Below, in pieces: positions 1-14,605 of a DNA stretch of 64,000 bases; the stretch's first letter is position 1; the number at the start of each line of letters is the position of its first letter. A program made the position numbers and the translations under genes. This DNA is from Camelus ferus. Taxonomy: Eukaryota. The notes below the pieces were generated by a model. It did no database searches. It was not told the DNA's origin and worked only from the letters and a program-made list of their open reading frames with translations. The DNA lies in contig NC_045697.1 in NCBI RefSeq assembly GCF_009834535.1, positions 30,134,001 to 30,198,000 of the forward strand, read 5' to 3'.

Positions 1-1109
1 AAACATTTCTGGCATGTGAGAAGACAAACGTCTGCCTCCTCATCTTATAAATGAGAAACAGAGATACAAAAGGAATAAGTGACTTATTCTGGATGGTATA
101 AGATTTGACAAAATTGTGTCTGTCACCAGCTGTCCCCGGTCAGGGGTGATTAGGTTAACCTCCTATTCAGCTGTGCCTCTCTCATGTCTGGGCCCTCACA
201 TGAGACCAACTAGGAGGACCCCCGAGCACAGCTGGACTGCCCAGGATTTAATCTGCACTCAGAGACTAGAACATTCTCTCTATCGTAAATTTACACTTAT
301 AAGATACTCAAATAGACTTAGGATCCCATTTTACCCCTAGGGGTTTGACTTCTTATTCTGGGATGAAAACATAGAGCTGTCTCTTGTGGCATGACCTTGG
401 ACACTTTGGTGTTTGCTGAAGAGGAGGTTGAGGAGTTGCGCCACGCCACCCACACCTACGGCCGGAGCCCCGCTGACCTCTCCCCCGACACACAGCGCCT
501 CTGAAGCCTCCCTCCCCACCCCCAGGCTGGGCTCCAGAATGCGGGAAAACTAGCCCTCCCTGTTAGGTAATAACGCTTGTCCAGCCCAACTTTTACGTTG
601 TGAAACTGGCCCTCCACTTTCTCAAACTCAACAACCAAGGCCTGAACAGGCCTCCATCTAACCATTGTGATGGGGAGACGACACCGAGGCGCCATCATAA
701 TTGATTCCTGTATCACAGTATCATTTCAGCACAACTTCCATCAAGGCGTTCGATTTTTCCAGCAGGAAGAACGACATTGCCCATGAAAGCCTTGAAAGCC
801 TGTTTTCCCTCTGTCCACCGAAGAGACAGAGAGCTACCACAATGGGCCCTGTTAGTTTAGAAGATACCTTGGCTGACAGCGACTGAAGTAGAACTCTCGG
901 AAGCCCCACGAAATGCTTTGTCAAGCAGGACACGCTCACTGTCAGCGGTACAGCACTAATTACCGTCCCAAGCTCTGATCTTGGAGCATTCAGTTCATCC
1001 CCCCGAGTCCCTGAAAAGTTATAAGGAAAGTACTTTGTTTTCTAACACTTTGAAAATTGAGCAGCTGCGTCTTGTTTACATGATAACACTCTGGGAAACA
1101 AGAGAAATA

Positions 1110-2560
1110 TTTAATGACACAAATGGAGAATGCCTATTCTGAGATAACCCAAGAAAGTTCGAAAAGAAGGATTAACCAAAGGAATTCGCCTTACCAAACA
1201 GTAAGCCTTACTATAGAGAGAACAAACAAAGGACGCATCTTGGGCAAGAGTTGATAAACTAATTATAATTAATACACTATATGGCCTGGAAACAGACACA
1301 AATGAACATAAAAATTTTAGTGCATAATAATGATATCACAAGTCAATAGATAAAGAAGGGACAGTTGATTAATGTCAGTTCTTCATAACAAAATTAATTC
1401 TGGATGAATTAATTTTTGTCAAGTGCAAAAAAAAAAAAAACAGGAAAAGGAAGAATGAGAGGTTTAAATACATACTCAATAAAGGAAATTTTAAGCAAAA
1501 TTTAAAAGTAGTGAAAAACCAGGGGAAATACTCCCAAAAAATATGACAAAGATTTAATACCCTTAACATATGAAGTCCCTTCTAAAGCAATAGACAATGG
1601 GCAAAAGGACATTAAGAATCTGTCAAAAATTAATACAAATGGCCAATAAACATGAAAAGCATTCACCCTTACATGTGATCAAAGAAATGCAAATTTGAAA
1701 AGTAAGGCTCTTCCTACTCCCCCACAAAATAGAAAGTCTTCAGTCTCACTAAGAATTTACAACTTCTATGTTGCAAAAAGGAAGTTTAAGAAAAAGCTAC
1801 AAACCAAGAGAAGTTATTTGTCACACATACAACCAACAAAGAATTAGTATACAAACTATGTTGAAAAAAAACCCTCCAAAATATCAATAAGAAAAATACA
1901 AACATGTCAATAGAGAAATAGACAAAAGACATGAATAGGCATTTCATGGCAAACATGAATAGCAAAAAAGGGCAAAAGTATATTCAAGTTTATTAGGAAG
2001 GAAATGCAAATTAAAACCTTTACAAGACGACCTTGCATACCCATGAGGTTGGTAAAAATTTAAACTTTGATGACATCACGTGTTAGTGAGGATGTGCAGC
2101 AATGGAAACGTGCACACTGCTGCCTAGGATGTATATTGGTAACGATTCTGCCTCATCTAGTGAAGTTCATTAAGTTCACATCCCCTGATGTAGCCACTTC
2201 ACTTCTGGAACATAAACGCCTTCGCCTAAATCTAGAGAAGCTTGAGACACTCCCACAGATGTCCATGGGACATGTTCAGGAATGTCCCTTACAGCACTGC
2301 TTATATATCAATTACAGTATTCAAAAAAACAAAAAATAAATAGCAGTATTCCATGTTAACAGTGAAAAAAATGAGTGAGCCACACGTACATTTGGATTAA
2401 TTTCAGAAAGCATAGCATTCGGTTAAAACAGCAAGACACCAAGTAAGACATACATTATGATATCCATTGATATGAAATCCAAAGACCACAGAAAACTAAG
2501 TTTTATAGTTCCTGCAGGCATGTAATATGCGGTGAAAAGTAAAGCAAAGCAAAATAATGA
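1110..2560 (+). mobile_element. Ancient L1 (L1M/L1ME-like) fragments, ORF2 3' end and 3'UTR
   Basis: Degenerate L1 motifs such as ATACAAATGGCCAATAAACATGAAAAG and GAAATGCAAATTAAAACC occur twice, so there are at least two fragments. Confidence 0.7.
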
Positions 2561-2699
2561 TAACATAAACAAGATTCAGGATTTGGGGTCCAAGGAGGGG
2601 AATGCTGTCAGGGCGGGCACAGGGGAAGTACCCACTTTCTTACCTTTTTATTTTTTATCATCCACTCTGTTCTGTTTTGTTATGAGTACCTTCAGCCTT

Positions 2700-3880
2700 C
2701 CTGGGTATTGCCAAACTGCTTTCTAAAGTGATTATTCCAAGTAGCCTGACCACAGCGTGTGGAAGATACTATTTCCCCATCACACCCCTAACTTGCTGTC
2801 AGGCTTCTTAACTTTTACCACCTTCATGGAAGGAAGATGGTATTTCATTGCCTTAATTTGCCTCCCCTGACTATTGATGAGGCTGGACGTATTTTCATAT
2901 CTTTGTTGGACAGTCCAGTTTCACTTCTGTGAATTACCTTTGCCAATTTTCTGATTGAATTGCTTTTCTTTTTTAAATTGATTTTTAAGGATTTTGTAAA
3001 TATTCTAGATCCTAAATCCTTTATCAGTCACATGCATTGCAAATGTTTCTCTCAGTCTGTGGCTTGTCTTAGAACGTTTTTATGTCTTTCAACAGTCAAT
3101 TTTTAACTTTAACATAGTAAATATAGGAACATTTGTATATGTTTTGGGCTTCTTGTGTCTCATTTAAGAAACCCTTCTCTACTCCACTTCTATAAAAGTA
3201 TTTTGTGAAATACTCTCTTAAAATTTTTTTTGAAGTTTTGAATTTCACATTTAGATCTTTATTAAGTGAACTATAGCTCTAATATTTTTTCCCCTTTGAA
3301 TAGTCTATTTTCCCAGGACCCTGTATTAAATATCTCATCCTTTTTCTGCTGATTTGTAATGTCACTTCTGTGAGAGACTGTTTTGCAATATCTGAGAGTC
3401 TGTTTCTGGATATTTATTCCATTCCTTTCATCTATTTGTCTATCCCTACACCAAACCACATTGTTTTAATTACTATGTATTAAGCCTTGATATAGGGAAG
3501 GGCAAATTCCTTCCTTTCTCAAAATTGTCTTGGCCATTTTGGAAACTTTACTCTTCCATATGAATTTTAGGATAAGCTATAAAATGCCTGTTGGAATTTT
3601 AATCAAAACTGAACTTAAAGACTATAATTTTCTACTTGGCATTGCTAGCACACAAAATACCACTGATTTTTTTTCATGTTAATCCTGAGCCCAGCAACTT
3701 TGCTGGACTGTCTTATTAGTTCGAATACATTGTTTATCATTTCTCTTTGATTTTCTATGTCATTGATTGTTATCTACAAAAAAAAAATTTCATCTTCTTC
3801 CAATTATGCCTTCATGTTTTCATGTCTTATTGTATTGTCAAGATGCCTAGTAAATGGTGATAATGGGCATCCTTATCTCA
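2700..3880 (-). mobile_element. Ancient L1 ORF2 fragment
   Basis: T-rich antisense L1 text; ORF 3271-3459 VWCRDRQIDERN resembles the L1 ORF2 WYW..RHIDQWN motif. Confidence 0.75.
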
Positions 3881-4789
3881 CACGGCTATTTATACAGACA
3901 AAAAAATTGGAAAACACCCTAGATGTCTAACAATAGGGAAATAGTAGTGAAAATTATGGTACATTCTTATAATGACATTCTGCCACAGAAAAATAGCATT
4001 TTCAAAAACATTTAGTTTCAAGTTATTAAAATACCCACAATAAAATGATACATAAAAACCATGATATATATATATATATATAAAATGATTTAAGTTTCAT
4101 ACGTAAAGTAAATAACATAAGCTTTGTATTGTAGATGCAGCTCAAGTTTTCAAGACTTCTAAGATTAGGCTTCCCCTTAATATCCAAATATAAATCCATG
4201 TTCCTTCCTACAGGACTATAGGAAGTCTGGTCCTCTGCACGGTTATTTACGGTGATCTTTAGCATGTCCTGGTTTTTATTTTCCACCTTTCCACTGCTGC
4301 CCCAGGCTGCTGCTTCTGTCATTTTTTGCCCGTTTCTTGTTTACTTAAGCCCAAACATGAATATAACTCATCACTCCTGCATTTGTCAAAGACCAGATAA
4401 CAGAGGAGTCTTGTGGTTTAATAAACTGAAATACGGCTTAAGGATAGCATAGCCAAATTACAAAGCAAGAAAGAAAAACATGTATCATTGCTCTTAAAAT
4501 CCATTGGCCATGCCTGTTCACAGGGAGCCACGTCCTTCCTTCTTCCGTAGCTCCGGCCCTGGGCTGCTGCTGCATTCTGGGACACATTCCTCTCAACTAT
4601 AATTCACTCTTTCATTCTCTCTCTCTCCTCCCCTAGGTCCCCACCCTGGCACCTTGGAGTGCACCACTGTACCAGAGCATGCTAGAGGACTCAGAATCAA
4701 GCCAGTTAATATCACGATGATTTCTCAGCCCACAGTAAAGTCAGCCTTAACCTTATTGAACATCTCAGTTAACTTCCCAGTCTACTGAA

Positions 4790-4960
4790 GGAGGACAGAC
4801 TCTGGAGTTGCAGTGTTCAAACCCCAGCTCCACCACTAACTCCTTGTGACCTTGAGCAAGCTGTTTATCCTCTCTGTGCCTTGGTTTCCTTACCTGCATA
4901 ATGGGGATGGTAATAGAACATAGTGTTATTGTGAGGATTAAATAAGCCAGTGTGTTTAAA
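4790..4960. mobile_element. MIR SINE
   Basis: Core TGTGACCTTGAGCAAG..CTCTGTGCCTTGGTTTCCT..ATAATGGGGATG. Confidence 0.8.
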
Positions 4961-6167
4961 ATAGGATATATTCTAATATATAGAAAATGTTAGTGGTGTC
5001 CATTAGCATTGGGATTATTGTGTGTTAGTAGGAACAGAGAACAAGTGGTAGGAGTAGAATTACTCTACCAATATTCAAGGCTACGGTAAGAAAAGATCTC
5101 TTGCTGAGCTTGTATCTCTGTGGCTAGACAGTCTCACCAGCATAGCTCTTCTGAGAACATAGAGTCTCTTCCCAAAATAAATTCCAGCCTACAGCATTAG
5201 GGCCACAAAGAGTTCAGAAATATTCTCAGAGCATCCTGAAAAAGAAATATGTACCAACTCAAGAAGAAATAAAATATTCAAATAAATAAATCAACATATC
5301 AATAGCAGTTATTTCTGATTCATGGAATTATGAATGACTTTATTCTATCTGCACGCTTATATGTGTTTTGCCAATACTGACCATCTATTGCTTTTATAAT
5401 ATGAAAAAAATAACAGTAGAAAATAAAGAAACCCTTCTTCTTACATCCATACAAGATAAGACAGTTTATTTAAAATGTATTCGATTACCAAAATTGTACA
5501 ATGAAATGTAGTCTAGGCTTGAATAAAGAAAGAATTCATCTGGTATTCGGTCTTGGCAAAGCCTTGCCATCACCGTGTGGCCACGTGGATGCTCTGGGAG
5601 TGACCTGTGAGCTTTTCAGCTGCAGCCCCTTAACACAGATAATCAGAGCTTGGTTCCCATGGGGCAGGCTCAGAGCTTAACATGAACTTGTCGCTAACAC
5701 CAGACCCTCATCCCCTTTGTGGTTTACACGTGCAGCATTCATCCTCATCTTAAAAGTAGGTTGCAAAAATACTCGCATAAAACTTACGTCAGTTGTCTAA
5801 AACCACAGTGTTGCCACTTTCCAAGTTTATTATGGCCTTGTATTTACACAGCAGAACATACTTCAAGATGGGAAAAAGGATCCAGTTAGAGGTTAATGGC
5901 AAATGTCCTCTGCCTTCAGAAATACAAAAATTAAGATGAATCAGAGGCTTCTGATTTTAAATCTGCTCTTCTGATCAGATCTGCTCTCCTTGAGAAAACA
6001 GCTTTTGGGCGTTTTTCCATACTACTTCTTCTTGGAAAAAAAAAAAAGCCAAGTTTCCCTTACTGGATTTTGTCGTGGAATAGAATCCTAGGAACATCTA
6101 ATAACAAAAGCCAACAAAAGGCAAGCAAATAATAGACTCCCAGAAATCATGGTAATTTGACATAGAT

Positions 6168-6410
6168 GAGTATTTCCCAAAGTGGGTTCCTCAACTGCAT
6201 TATACGAAATGCATTTCAGGAAAAGGATTTCATGGTCAAGTACATGTGGAAAGCACAGCATATCTTTCTTTCTTGGAGATTCTGAATGCATATTAAAGGC
6301 CTGAACAATTTTGCAGTAGTCCATTTGGATTTGTTAAACTCACAGTTTCTAAATATATTTCATCAAGAAACTCTATCCCAGACTCTTCTCTGGCACTTTG
6401 GGAAATATTG
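6168..6410. mobile_element. hAT-Charlie-like MITE fossil
   Basis: Terminal inverted repeat pair AGTATTTCCCAAAGTG ... CACTTTGGGAAATATT. Confidence 0.55.
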
Positions 6411-6936
6411 ATTGAACAATTAATACACTTAGGAAGTCACACAAGTACCTTGATGATATACAGACATTTTTAAAAATTCTGAGACCATTTTAAAATTCAT
6501 GATGCACAGCTACAAGAATGACAACAATAAAACCAATGGGAAGACGTCTGCAACTGTGAAAGTAGGGAGTGGAGGCGCCTGCGAGGTAGGGGCCGAGGCA
6601 GCTGTGGGAATGGCTGGGATTCACAAGCGTGCTTTATTCAAGTTTTCTTTGAAATTTCCAATGGAAAGTAACGCTTCCATTAGGAATCCTGTCAAGAATA
6701 TGGTTGAAGTACTCCTCTCTCAGGGCAGGATAAATACAACTTTGTGGTATGTCAAGAAACTGAATATTAAAGGAGAGAATAGTGTTCACATTTAACATGT
6801 CTTTCTCTCCCCAACCTCCTCCCAGCACTCAGGAGGGAAAGCTCTGCCACTAGTGGCCAAAGATCTCAAGCACTGCACCATGAGCAAAGACTCCAGGGCG
6901 CCGGGGGGCTTTGACTCATCTTAGAAAGTGTATAAC

Positions 6937-7153
6937 TACTGTGTATAAAATAGATAAACAGCAAGTTTCTACTGCATAGCACAGAGAACTATATTCAATA
7001 TCTTGCCATAACCGATAATGAAAAAAACATGAAAAGCAGTATCTGTATGCATACGTGTGACTGAAACATGATGCTGTACACCAGAAATTGACACAACATT
7101 GTAAACTGACTATACTTCAATTTAAAAAAAAGTGTAAAAAAGAAAAATTTTTA
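6937..7153 (+). mobile_element. 5'-truncated camelid-type L1 3' end with TSD
   Basis: ATAAAATAGATAAACA..GCTGTACACCAGAAATTGACACAACATTGTAAACTGACTATACTTCAA + A tail; TSD AAAGTGTATAAC at 6925-6936 and 7154-7165. Confidence 0.85.
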
Positions 7154-7869
7154 AAAGTGTATAACCACCTTAAGCTGAATTTAGAACAGGCAACTAATAT
7201 TAGTACATTAAAAGTATCATCAGACAGTCTATTCTGATAGACTAAGTAAAGAACGGACTGCTTTTCAGAGAACTGGTAAAAGTACAGTCAGGAATTCTGA
7301 TAGCAGTTGTTTATTTGATCAACTAAACCAGATTCTATTCTGGACCCAAGGTGTTTTGAAAGAGTATTGTTTGGTGTTTCGAAAGAGTATTCAACATATG
7401 CCATTGTTTTTTCTGTTTGGGTAAACCTCTGAGTGGGATAAACTTGCCCTTTTCTAACTTCTTAGATTATCTGTATAAAAAAAAAAAAAGTAAGGTGAGG
7501 AAATATCTTTTGCTTCAATGAATCATTTAATTCAACACTTTCTTAGTTTCGGTAAAACATTTGCAGTGGTTCCTAGCTTCAGTGTCGTTGATCTTCACCC
7601 TCTGGTGTAGAACTTAAGAATTCTCTTTGACTCTGAACCAGTATGTGACTCAATATACTTCTCTGTGACTCACAGAAAAAAAGCATGAGTAATGTAACTG
7701 AGGAGACTCACTTGAGCAACCTCACTGTCTCACTTTCTCTAATATCTCTCAAAAATGAGTCTCAATAAAAACACTGAGATTACTAAGAGTGTTCAGGTTA
7801 TTGTTGTATCTTCTGCTGCCCATCATAAAAGACAACTCAAGGATGGGGAACCTTGAATTCACTGTCTCA

Positions 7870-8390
7870 TGGAGTATCTATAGTGGAAAACCTGTGGCCT
7901 TCCCAACATCGATTCTATAGCAGTCATGTTTTCAGGTGGGATTAGCCCCTTCATTAGCTTCAGGGATCAAGTCTCACTGCTGTTATCCCTCAGGATAACC
8001 CCACCCCCTCACCATAGATACTGTTTTAGGTGATCCAGCTTTAAGCCAACTAATGGTCCAATCAGCAGGAATCTCAGAACTCCCGTTAGAGGGTTGAGGG
8101 AAGGGTCTGTCTTTCTCTGGATCAGAAAGAGGAAGCATGTGGACCTAATTATACTGACAGGTCTCTTATAACATCACAGGGCCCTCCCTTAGGGTGAAGT
8201 CCACTCTGCAGATGACAGATGTAAAGAAAAAGGTGGAAGAAACAGAGTCCACGATAACACCACTGAGCTCCAGATGAACTAGTTCTAGAACTCACACCAC
8301 TGCAGTTCCATAAAACCTATAAATTTTCTTATTATTTAATCCAGTGTGAGTTGATTTTCCTGTTACTTGGAATGGAAAGCTTTCTAATAC
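7870..8390 (+). mobile_element. Old MaLR LTR (MLT1K/L-like)
   Basis: 3' end ATAAATTTTCTTATTATTTAATCCAGTGTGAGTTGATTTTCCTGTTACTTG..CTAATACA typical of MLT1. Confidence 0.6.
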
Positions 8391-11194
8391 AGGCAGAAAG
8401 ACTAGGCTGTGACACAGCCATAAAATCACATTAAAATGAGTATAGGTGCTTATAGTTCTATCTCTGATAGTACTTGGGGTTTAAAAAAGTATATTATGCT
8501 TATTTTAAAGTCAAAATTTAATAGATTCCATAGTTTCTCCCAGTAATACCTCCCGTGCTTTTAATATCATTGGTTTGCCTTTCTTCTTCTTTATTCTTCT
8601 TCAACACCAACCTCGACTTTCCCATTTAGGGGGAAACAAAAACAAGAGGAAGAAGTCTGACATCTCTTTTTAAGTCAATGCAGTTACTCAACTCATAAAA
8701 ATTCTAGAAACTTGGCTTTAGTCACAGGGTTTGGCCACTCTCCTGTTTATAAGGCGCCTACAGACACAATGAAGTCACTCCTCAGGCTAACCGCGTAAAG
8801 GGAAACACATGTGTCCCAGCACAATTTTGTTCAAAAAAAAAAAAACAAAAACAAAAACAAAAAGATGACCAAGTGTAATCAAATTCAAATCCATTGTGTT
8901 CCCCCTCCCCAACATACACACACATCTGACATTGTATTTCTTTGATTTTTCTAAAAACCCTATTACCGCCTGTATTGGCCTTTCCTGGAGACAGAAGGCT
9001 AACTGGTATGGGGAAAGATTACAATATTAAATATTCAAATATTGAAGCCTGGGGCTGAGAGGCCTCTAAAGATAGGTTTCTCCTGAGTCCTTTGGAAAGT
9101 ACACTCCAGTTTTCCTTCCTCAACCCACAAGGCAAACTTCCAATTGACAGTATTTGGACCAAACACCAGAGAAATGAATTGCGTGTATAAGAGGACCCAT
9201 AAGTACTTAACCCAGAAGATATTCATACTATTAATTTCAGAGCCAAGGTGATTCCCACTGCTGGGGTCAGTGAGTAGGCTAAAGGGCAGAGGTAGCAAGA
9301 GGTTAAAAGACTTATTTCTACTTGGTGACAAACCTCGTTCGATTGTCTTAAGTGTGTCTGGCTTCTAGAGTGTGCTTTTATTTCAGATGATTATGAATGT
9401 TCCAGGCGGGCTCATTGCAGCCACCTGGCTTAAGGACTGTAAGGCACTTCGGAAATCAAATTTCAGGAGAGAAGATTGGTTCGAGAAACAATGAACAAGG
9501 AGAAATCGTCTCTTTGCAAAGCTGCTGTGTGTCAAAGTTTATCCTCATTATATTATGGTAGGAAGAAAAGAACAAATTAAGACATTTAACTGCTTGAAAT
9601 TTGAGACCCAATTGCATTTAACACAGCAAATCTTGTTACCGGACCTGTGGGCTTACCTTTTGCCTGTGTGAAGTCTGGTGTGTGTTAGCAAATAACATTT
9701 TTTAAAAATCATGGGAGGGATCTAGCCTAAGTGGATAATCGCAGCGACACATTCTCTGCTATATAAGAGAAGGTCCTGTAGGCTCCCAAAATTTTTTAAA
9801 TTAGATCAGAAGTGCTTAAAAAGAAGAAGACCTCAAAATAAACTTCTTATTTTCCCACTGTTGCTAGCACCAGCATGCTTTAAATTAATAGCAGTTATAT
9901 AGCTGCACAAGTTCTAATTTTTTAATATAAGGAATCATTCAAATACTTAAACTATTCTTTCAAATTGGCTCCCATAATGAAAGGACCATTAAGGGCTCAG
10001 TGATGTTCCAAGACCTTGTCCCAAAAAAGAGAGAGAGAGAAAACTGGCTCCTTTTCTTTGGCCAGTAACCCACGTTTTAATTGAATTTTGATGAGATGAT
10101 GGATGTTGTACTGTATTCCAAGTATATATGCTAAATTAACAAGGCTGTCTGCTCAGTTTCCTCTTCTGAAGACACACTGAGATGAGTTTCTGCGAATTCT
10201 CCTGCATAAAGCATGATGTGGATGTCTCAAATTCTTGTTTGGTGCCTGGAGTGGCCGTTTTCTCCACGCTGGTGCTGTGCTGGAGCACACATCATCTGGT
10301 CTGAGGGAGAATTCCTCGCTGAATCATGTTCAATCAGCCAGGAAGAATATATTCCCATATTTCAAAGGCATCCACTAAAGCAGTCAAAATTTTGCAACAA
10401 TATTTTAAAAGACTTATTTGTGCAACTGTATACAGGAAGAACATGTCTCCAATGGTGAGTGCAGGTGGTTCATATTTGTCCATAAAATAATAGTAATAAA
10501 TGGAGCAATCAAGAAAAAGAGGTAATTTCAGCAAATTCTGGCACATAATTGTTCATTCACTTTTCTTGCTGTGTGCTTTTAGAAAACTTAAGGGTTAAAC
10601 TCTATAACTAATTTTCCTTTTTACTCTGAAGAGTTTCAAAGCCACAGTCTTGAAGGCTGACCCATTCTCTAGAAATATGAGGGCTCAGGAGGGGGAGAAG
10701 ATTATTAAATTTTGCCGTTTGGAGTTTTGAATCTTTTTTTTTCAACATTTTGCCATATGGTTATTTTACTTTAAAATTTTTAAATATTTTAATTTAAAAT
10801 ATTCTGGATGCAGTAGATCTGCCCAACTGTAAAATAAAATACAAACTTATTCATCATTCTGGTGCCAAAAAAATAGCATGCCAAATGGCAACTCTCTACC
10901 TCTTGCAGACTGGAGGGGTCAGATTCACTGTTCTCCACTTGAGAAGCCCAAACAGTGTAGTCCGGACTTGAGGCACGGCTGCTGCAAAACCACCAGGTGG
11001 CCATAGACAGACACAGGCCCAGGGTGTGGGGATGCTCTAGACGAAACTGAGCCCAGGGATCCTAAGAACAAGTTCCAAACTTCAGGCAAACTCCTCATGT
11101 CTATCTTGGTCCAAATCTCATCCCTTGAAATAGATCAGCCACTAAGAGTTTTTGCAACCCATCTATCCCCTGACTTTTTCTGTGATACTAACTC

Positions 11195-11650
11195 TTATGG
11201 GTTGAATTACGTCCCTCCCAAATTTATATGTTGAATTCCTAATGCCCAGTACCTAAGAATGGGACTTTGGAAATGAGGTGATTGCAGATGTAGTTAGTTA
11301 AGTTGAGGTCATATTGTAGTAGGTTGGATTCCTGATTCAATCTGATTGCTGTCTTCATAAAAACGGGAAATTTGGACACAGACATATGCACTCAGAGAGA
11401 ACACATTGTGAAGGTGAAGGCAGAGATTGAGATGATGCTTCTAAGGATCGTCAAAACTTGCTAGCAAAGCACTAGAAGCTAGAGGAAGGCATGAAACAGA
11501 TTCTCTCTCATGGCTAATATAATTAACCAATCCTGCCAACATCTTGATCTCAGACTCCTAGCCACCAAAACTGTGAGACAATAAATTTCTGTTTTTCAAG
11601 CCACCCAGTGTGTGGTACTTTACGATGGCAGCTCTCGCAAATTAATACAC
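11195..11650 (+). mobile_element. MaLR solo LTR (MLT1C-like)
   Basis: TTATGGGTTGAATTACGTCCC... to AATAAATTTCTGTTTTTCAAGCCACCCAGTGTGTGGTACTTT..TAATACA. Confidence 0.85.
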
Positions 11651-13242
11651 TAACCCAAGCTCTTTCATTCAAATGCCCCAATAGAACCATGAGTACTCCA
11701 AGGTCAAATGCAGATGTCAGGCTTGTTTATCTTTAGTGACAAGCCAATTTGTCATGTTTGGGGTGGAGGAAAAAGATAAAACTATATGACCAGAAAGCCA
11801 GAGTTTTCCTCTATTCTTGAAGATAGAGCTCTTATTGACATTTAATTGAAAATATTGAACAAAACCTCACTAGTGGCTAATGTTTGCATATCACAACAGA
11901 GATTACATAAATCATATCTTCTCTGGGTAGTTATCTTCCTCAAGTGTGTGATGACAGGCTTAGACAAAATAATTATTAAGGTCTCTTCTATCTCTGTATT
12001 TTATTAATTATTATAATGTTACTTTTAACCATAAAATAATACTCTAAATGCAAAAAATAATTCAGAAACCTTAAAAAAGTGAAGCTCACACGTATTTCTG
12101 GCACCCAGAGAAACCACTCGTTGGAATATAGCCTGCATCTTAATTTAATAAACTGATACATGAAATGTTTATTTGCCATTCAACATACTTTCAAAAAGGA
12201 CTTGAGGTGGCTTCCCCTAAATACCTAATATTTAAAAGGACTGCTGAAATTAGGCTAAAAGTAGAAGGGCTTTGTAATGAACACAAGGACCTCTTTCAGA
12301 ATGGCTCAGGGTGATCACCAACATGTATTCCAAGATGGTGGGCTTTGTCTGTTTGTCTACCTCTATATCCTTTGGTGGCTACCCCAGGTTTGTTGCAGAA
12401 ATTTCCTTAAAATGGGACCAATAACCAGAGGCAATTATTTGAAGACCTTTGAAGATGATAAGCTATTTAAGGAAATTGGTCTACCTAGCATTTTCCAGGC
12501 ATCTTATGGCAGTCAACTAGGGGCAGTGATTGCCGGCAGTGACCCCGATTACAAGGTCTGCACATCCTGGAAGCCACTCGTCTTTGAGGCTTATTTGATC
12601 TTCCAGAATAGATGAAGATATTCCCAGCACCGTGTCTCATTGTAACAAATATATTCAAACTGTTTTCAGAATACTTATACACTGCTAGCAGTCTCTATGA
12701 AATAAACAATGTAGTGAATTTGGGGGGTTAGCTTTCCTATCTAGCCTTATGTTTACAACAGCTCAGAATCAAAGCTGCTGGCTTAATGCTAAATGAGTTC
12801 CACTACCGCCCTCCAATTAGTGGATAACTATGATTTCAGAAAACCAAAATGGACTTGAGTTTTGGTCCTAATTTGTCATTGAAAATTGTACTTTGTCTCC
12901 AATAAACCATGAACTTTTTTCTCTTACCAAATATTGACTGAAATATTAAGTGGTATGTTTATTGGAACTGAGTACCTAGTGAATAATGATTTCTTCCACT
13001 AGTTATACCATCTATCAAGAATAAGTTTAGTTTCATCCACCTGCTACTTATGTATTGAGTATGTATTATGTGCTAAACACTGGGGATACAAAGTGAAATG
13101 AGATAAACATGGTTCTTCTCCTGAAAAGTCTACAGGCTAGTGGCAGAGCTAGATTAATAATAACAGAACAGTATGATAAGGTTATTATACGGGAAGGGTG
13201 ACAGTGTATAACACATAGTATAAGAGCACTAAAAATTTGATG

Positions 13243-13569
13243 GAACTTATTTACAAAACAGAAAAAAACCCATAGACACAGAAAACAAACTTATGGTTAC
13301 CAGGGTGGGCAGGGAGTAGGAAGGGATAAATTGGGATTTGCAGATTTGCAGATACTAACTAATATGTATAAAATAGATAAATGACAAGTTCATATTGTAT
13401 AGCACAAAGAACTATATTCAATATCTTGTAGTAACTTATGATGAAAAAGAATATGAAAATGAATATATATATATGTTCATGTATGACTGAATCATTGTGC
13501 TGTACACCAGAAATTGACACAACATTGCAAACTGACTATACTTCAATAAATATATATATACAAAAAATT
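13243..13569 (+). mobile_element. Camelid-type L1 3' end with TSD, inserted in an L2 fossil
   Basis: GAACTTATTTACAAAACAGAAA..CTATACTTCAATAAA; TSD AAAATTTGATG at 13232-13242 and 13570-13580. Confidence 0.88.
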
Positions 13570-14074
13570 AAAATTTGATGAATGAAAGATTAATGAATTG
13601 TATGGGAGCATATGAATTGTAAAGGATGACCACAGGAGAAAGTATTTTAGGTAGAAAAAAGAATAAATAAAAAAGCAAGGAGTCAAGAGGGAAAAATGAC
13701 ACCCTGGAGAAGTTGAAACAAATCGAAGATGATTCAAGTGGATAGTTGTATAAGATAAGGCTAGAAAATAGGCAAGGACCAGAGCCTGCCGAAATTGGGA
13801 AGCAATGTTGAGGTGGGTGGATTTTATATTAAAAACAACAGGTATCCATGGGAGGGTTTTAGGTAGCTGGCAAAGATCATAACCCTTCTTGCATTTTAGA
13901 TAATCCTTCTTGATCCAGGAGGAATCTAATAATAATGAAAAGGATGATGGTCATCTGAACTGGAACATGGCATATGGGAAAAAAATACTTAAGAGGTACA
14001 ATTAAAGAGGCTGAGAACGAGAAGTGGAGGATGAGGAGAGAAGTGAAAGATGATCTCTGGTGTCTGGGGAGATG

Positions 14075-14605
14075 GTGTTGCAGTTACCTACACTGCTGTC
14101 TAACAAACCACTCCACATTTAGTGGCTGAACAAATAACTTGTTATTTCTCATGATTCTGTCAGTTGATGGTGCTCAGCCAGGTGGTTCTTCTGCTGACTT
14201 GGCTCATGCCCTCTCATGTGTTTGCAGTCAGATGGCAGCTTGGGCTAGAACAACCACGATGGCTTCAATCACCTGTCTGAGGCCTTGGTGCAGTCGGCTG
14301 GGAGACTGGCTCAGTGGGGGTGTCGGGACAGTCGGGCCTCTCTCTCCTTTCCATGTGAACTCAGTGCCTCACTGCTTCCATGAAGACTCTCCAGGGGAGG
14401 AGCCGGACATCTTAGGTAGTAGCTCAAAGCTCCTAGATATGCTAAGGTGGAAGCTTCCAGGGCCATGTCTCACTTCTGCCACATTCAGTTGGTTAAAGTA
14501 GGTCACAGAGCTGGGCAGACTCAATGTGGGAGGGTCTAAACATGAGTATGACTATGGGGATGTCTGATTCTTTGGGGCCAACTTTGGAGAACAGCTAAAA
14601 CACAG
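14075..14605 (-). mobile_element. MaLR LTR (MLT1F/G/H-like)
   Basis: TGCTGTCTAACAAACCACTCCACATTTAGTGGCTGAACAA start and TTTGGGGCCAACTTTGGAGAACAGCTAAAACA end. Confidence 0.7.

Noticed and set aside
456..939. Short ORFs near the window start as a possible neighbouring-gene exon or processed pseudogene
   Set aside because: No recognisable protein similarity, LIM motif, poly(A) or TSD
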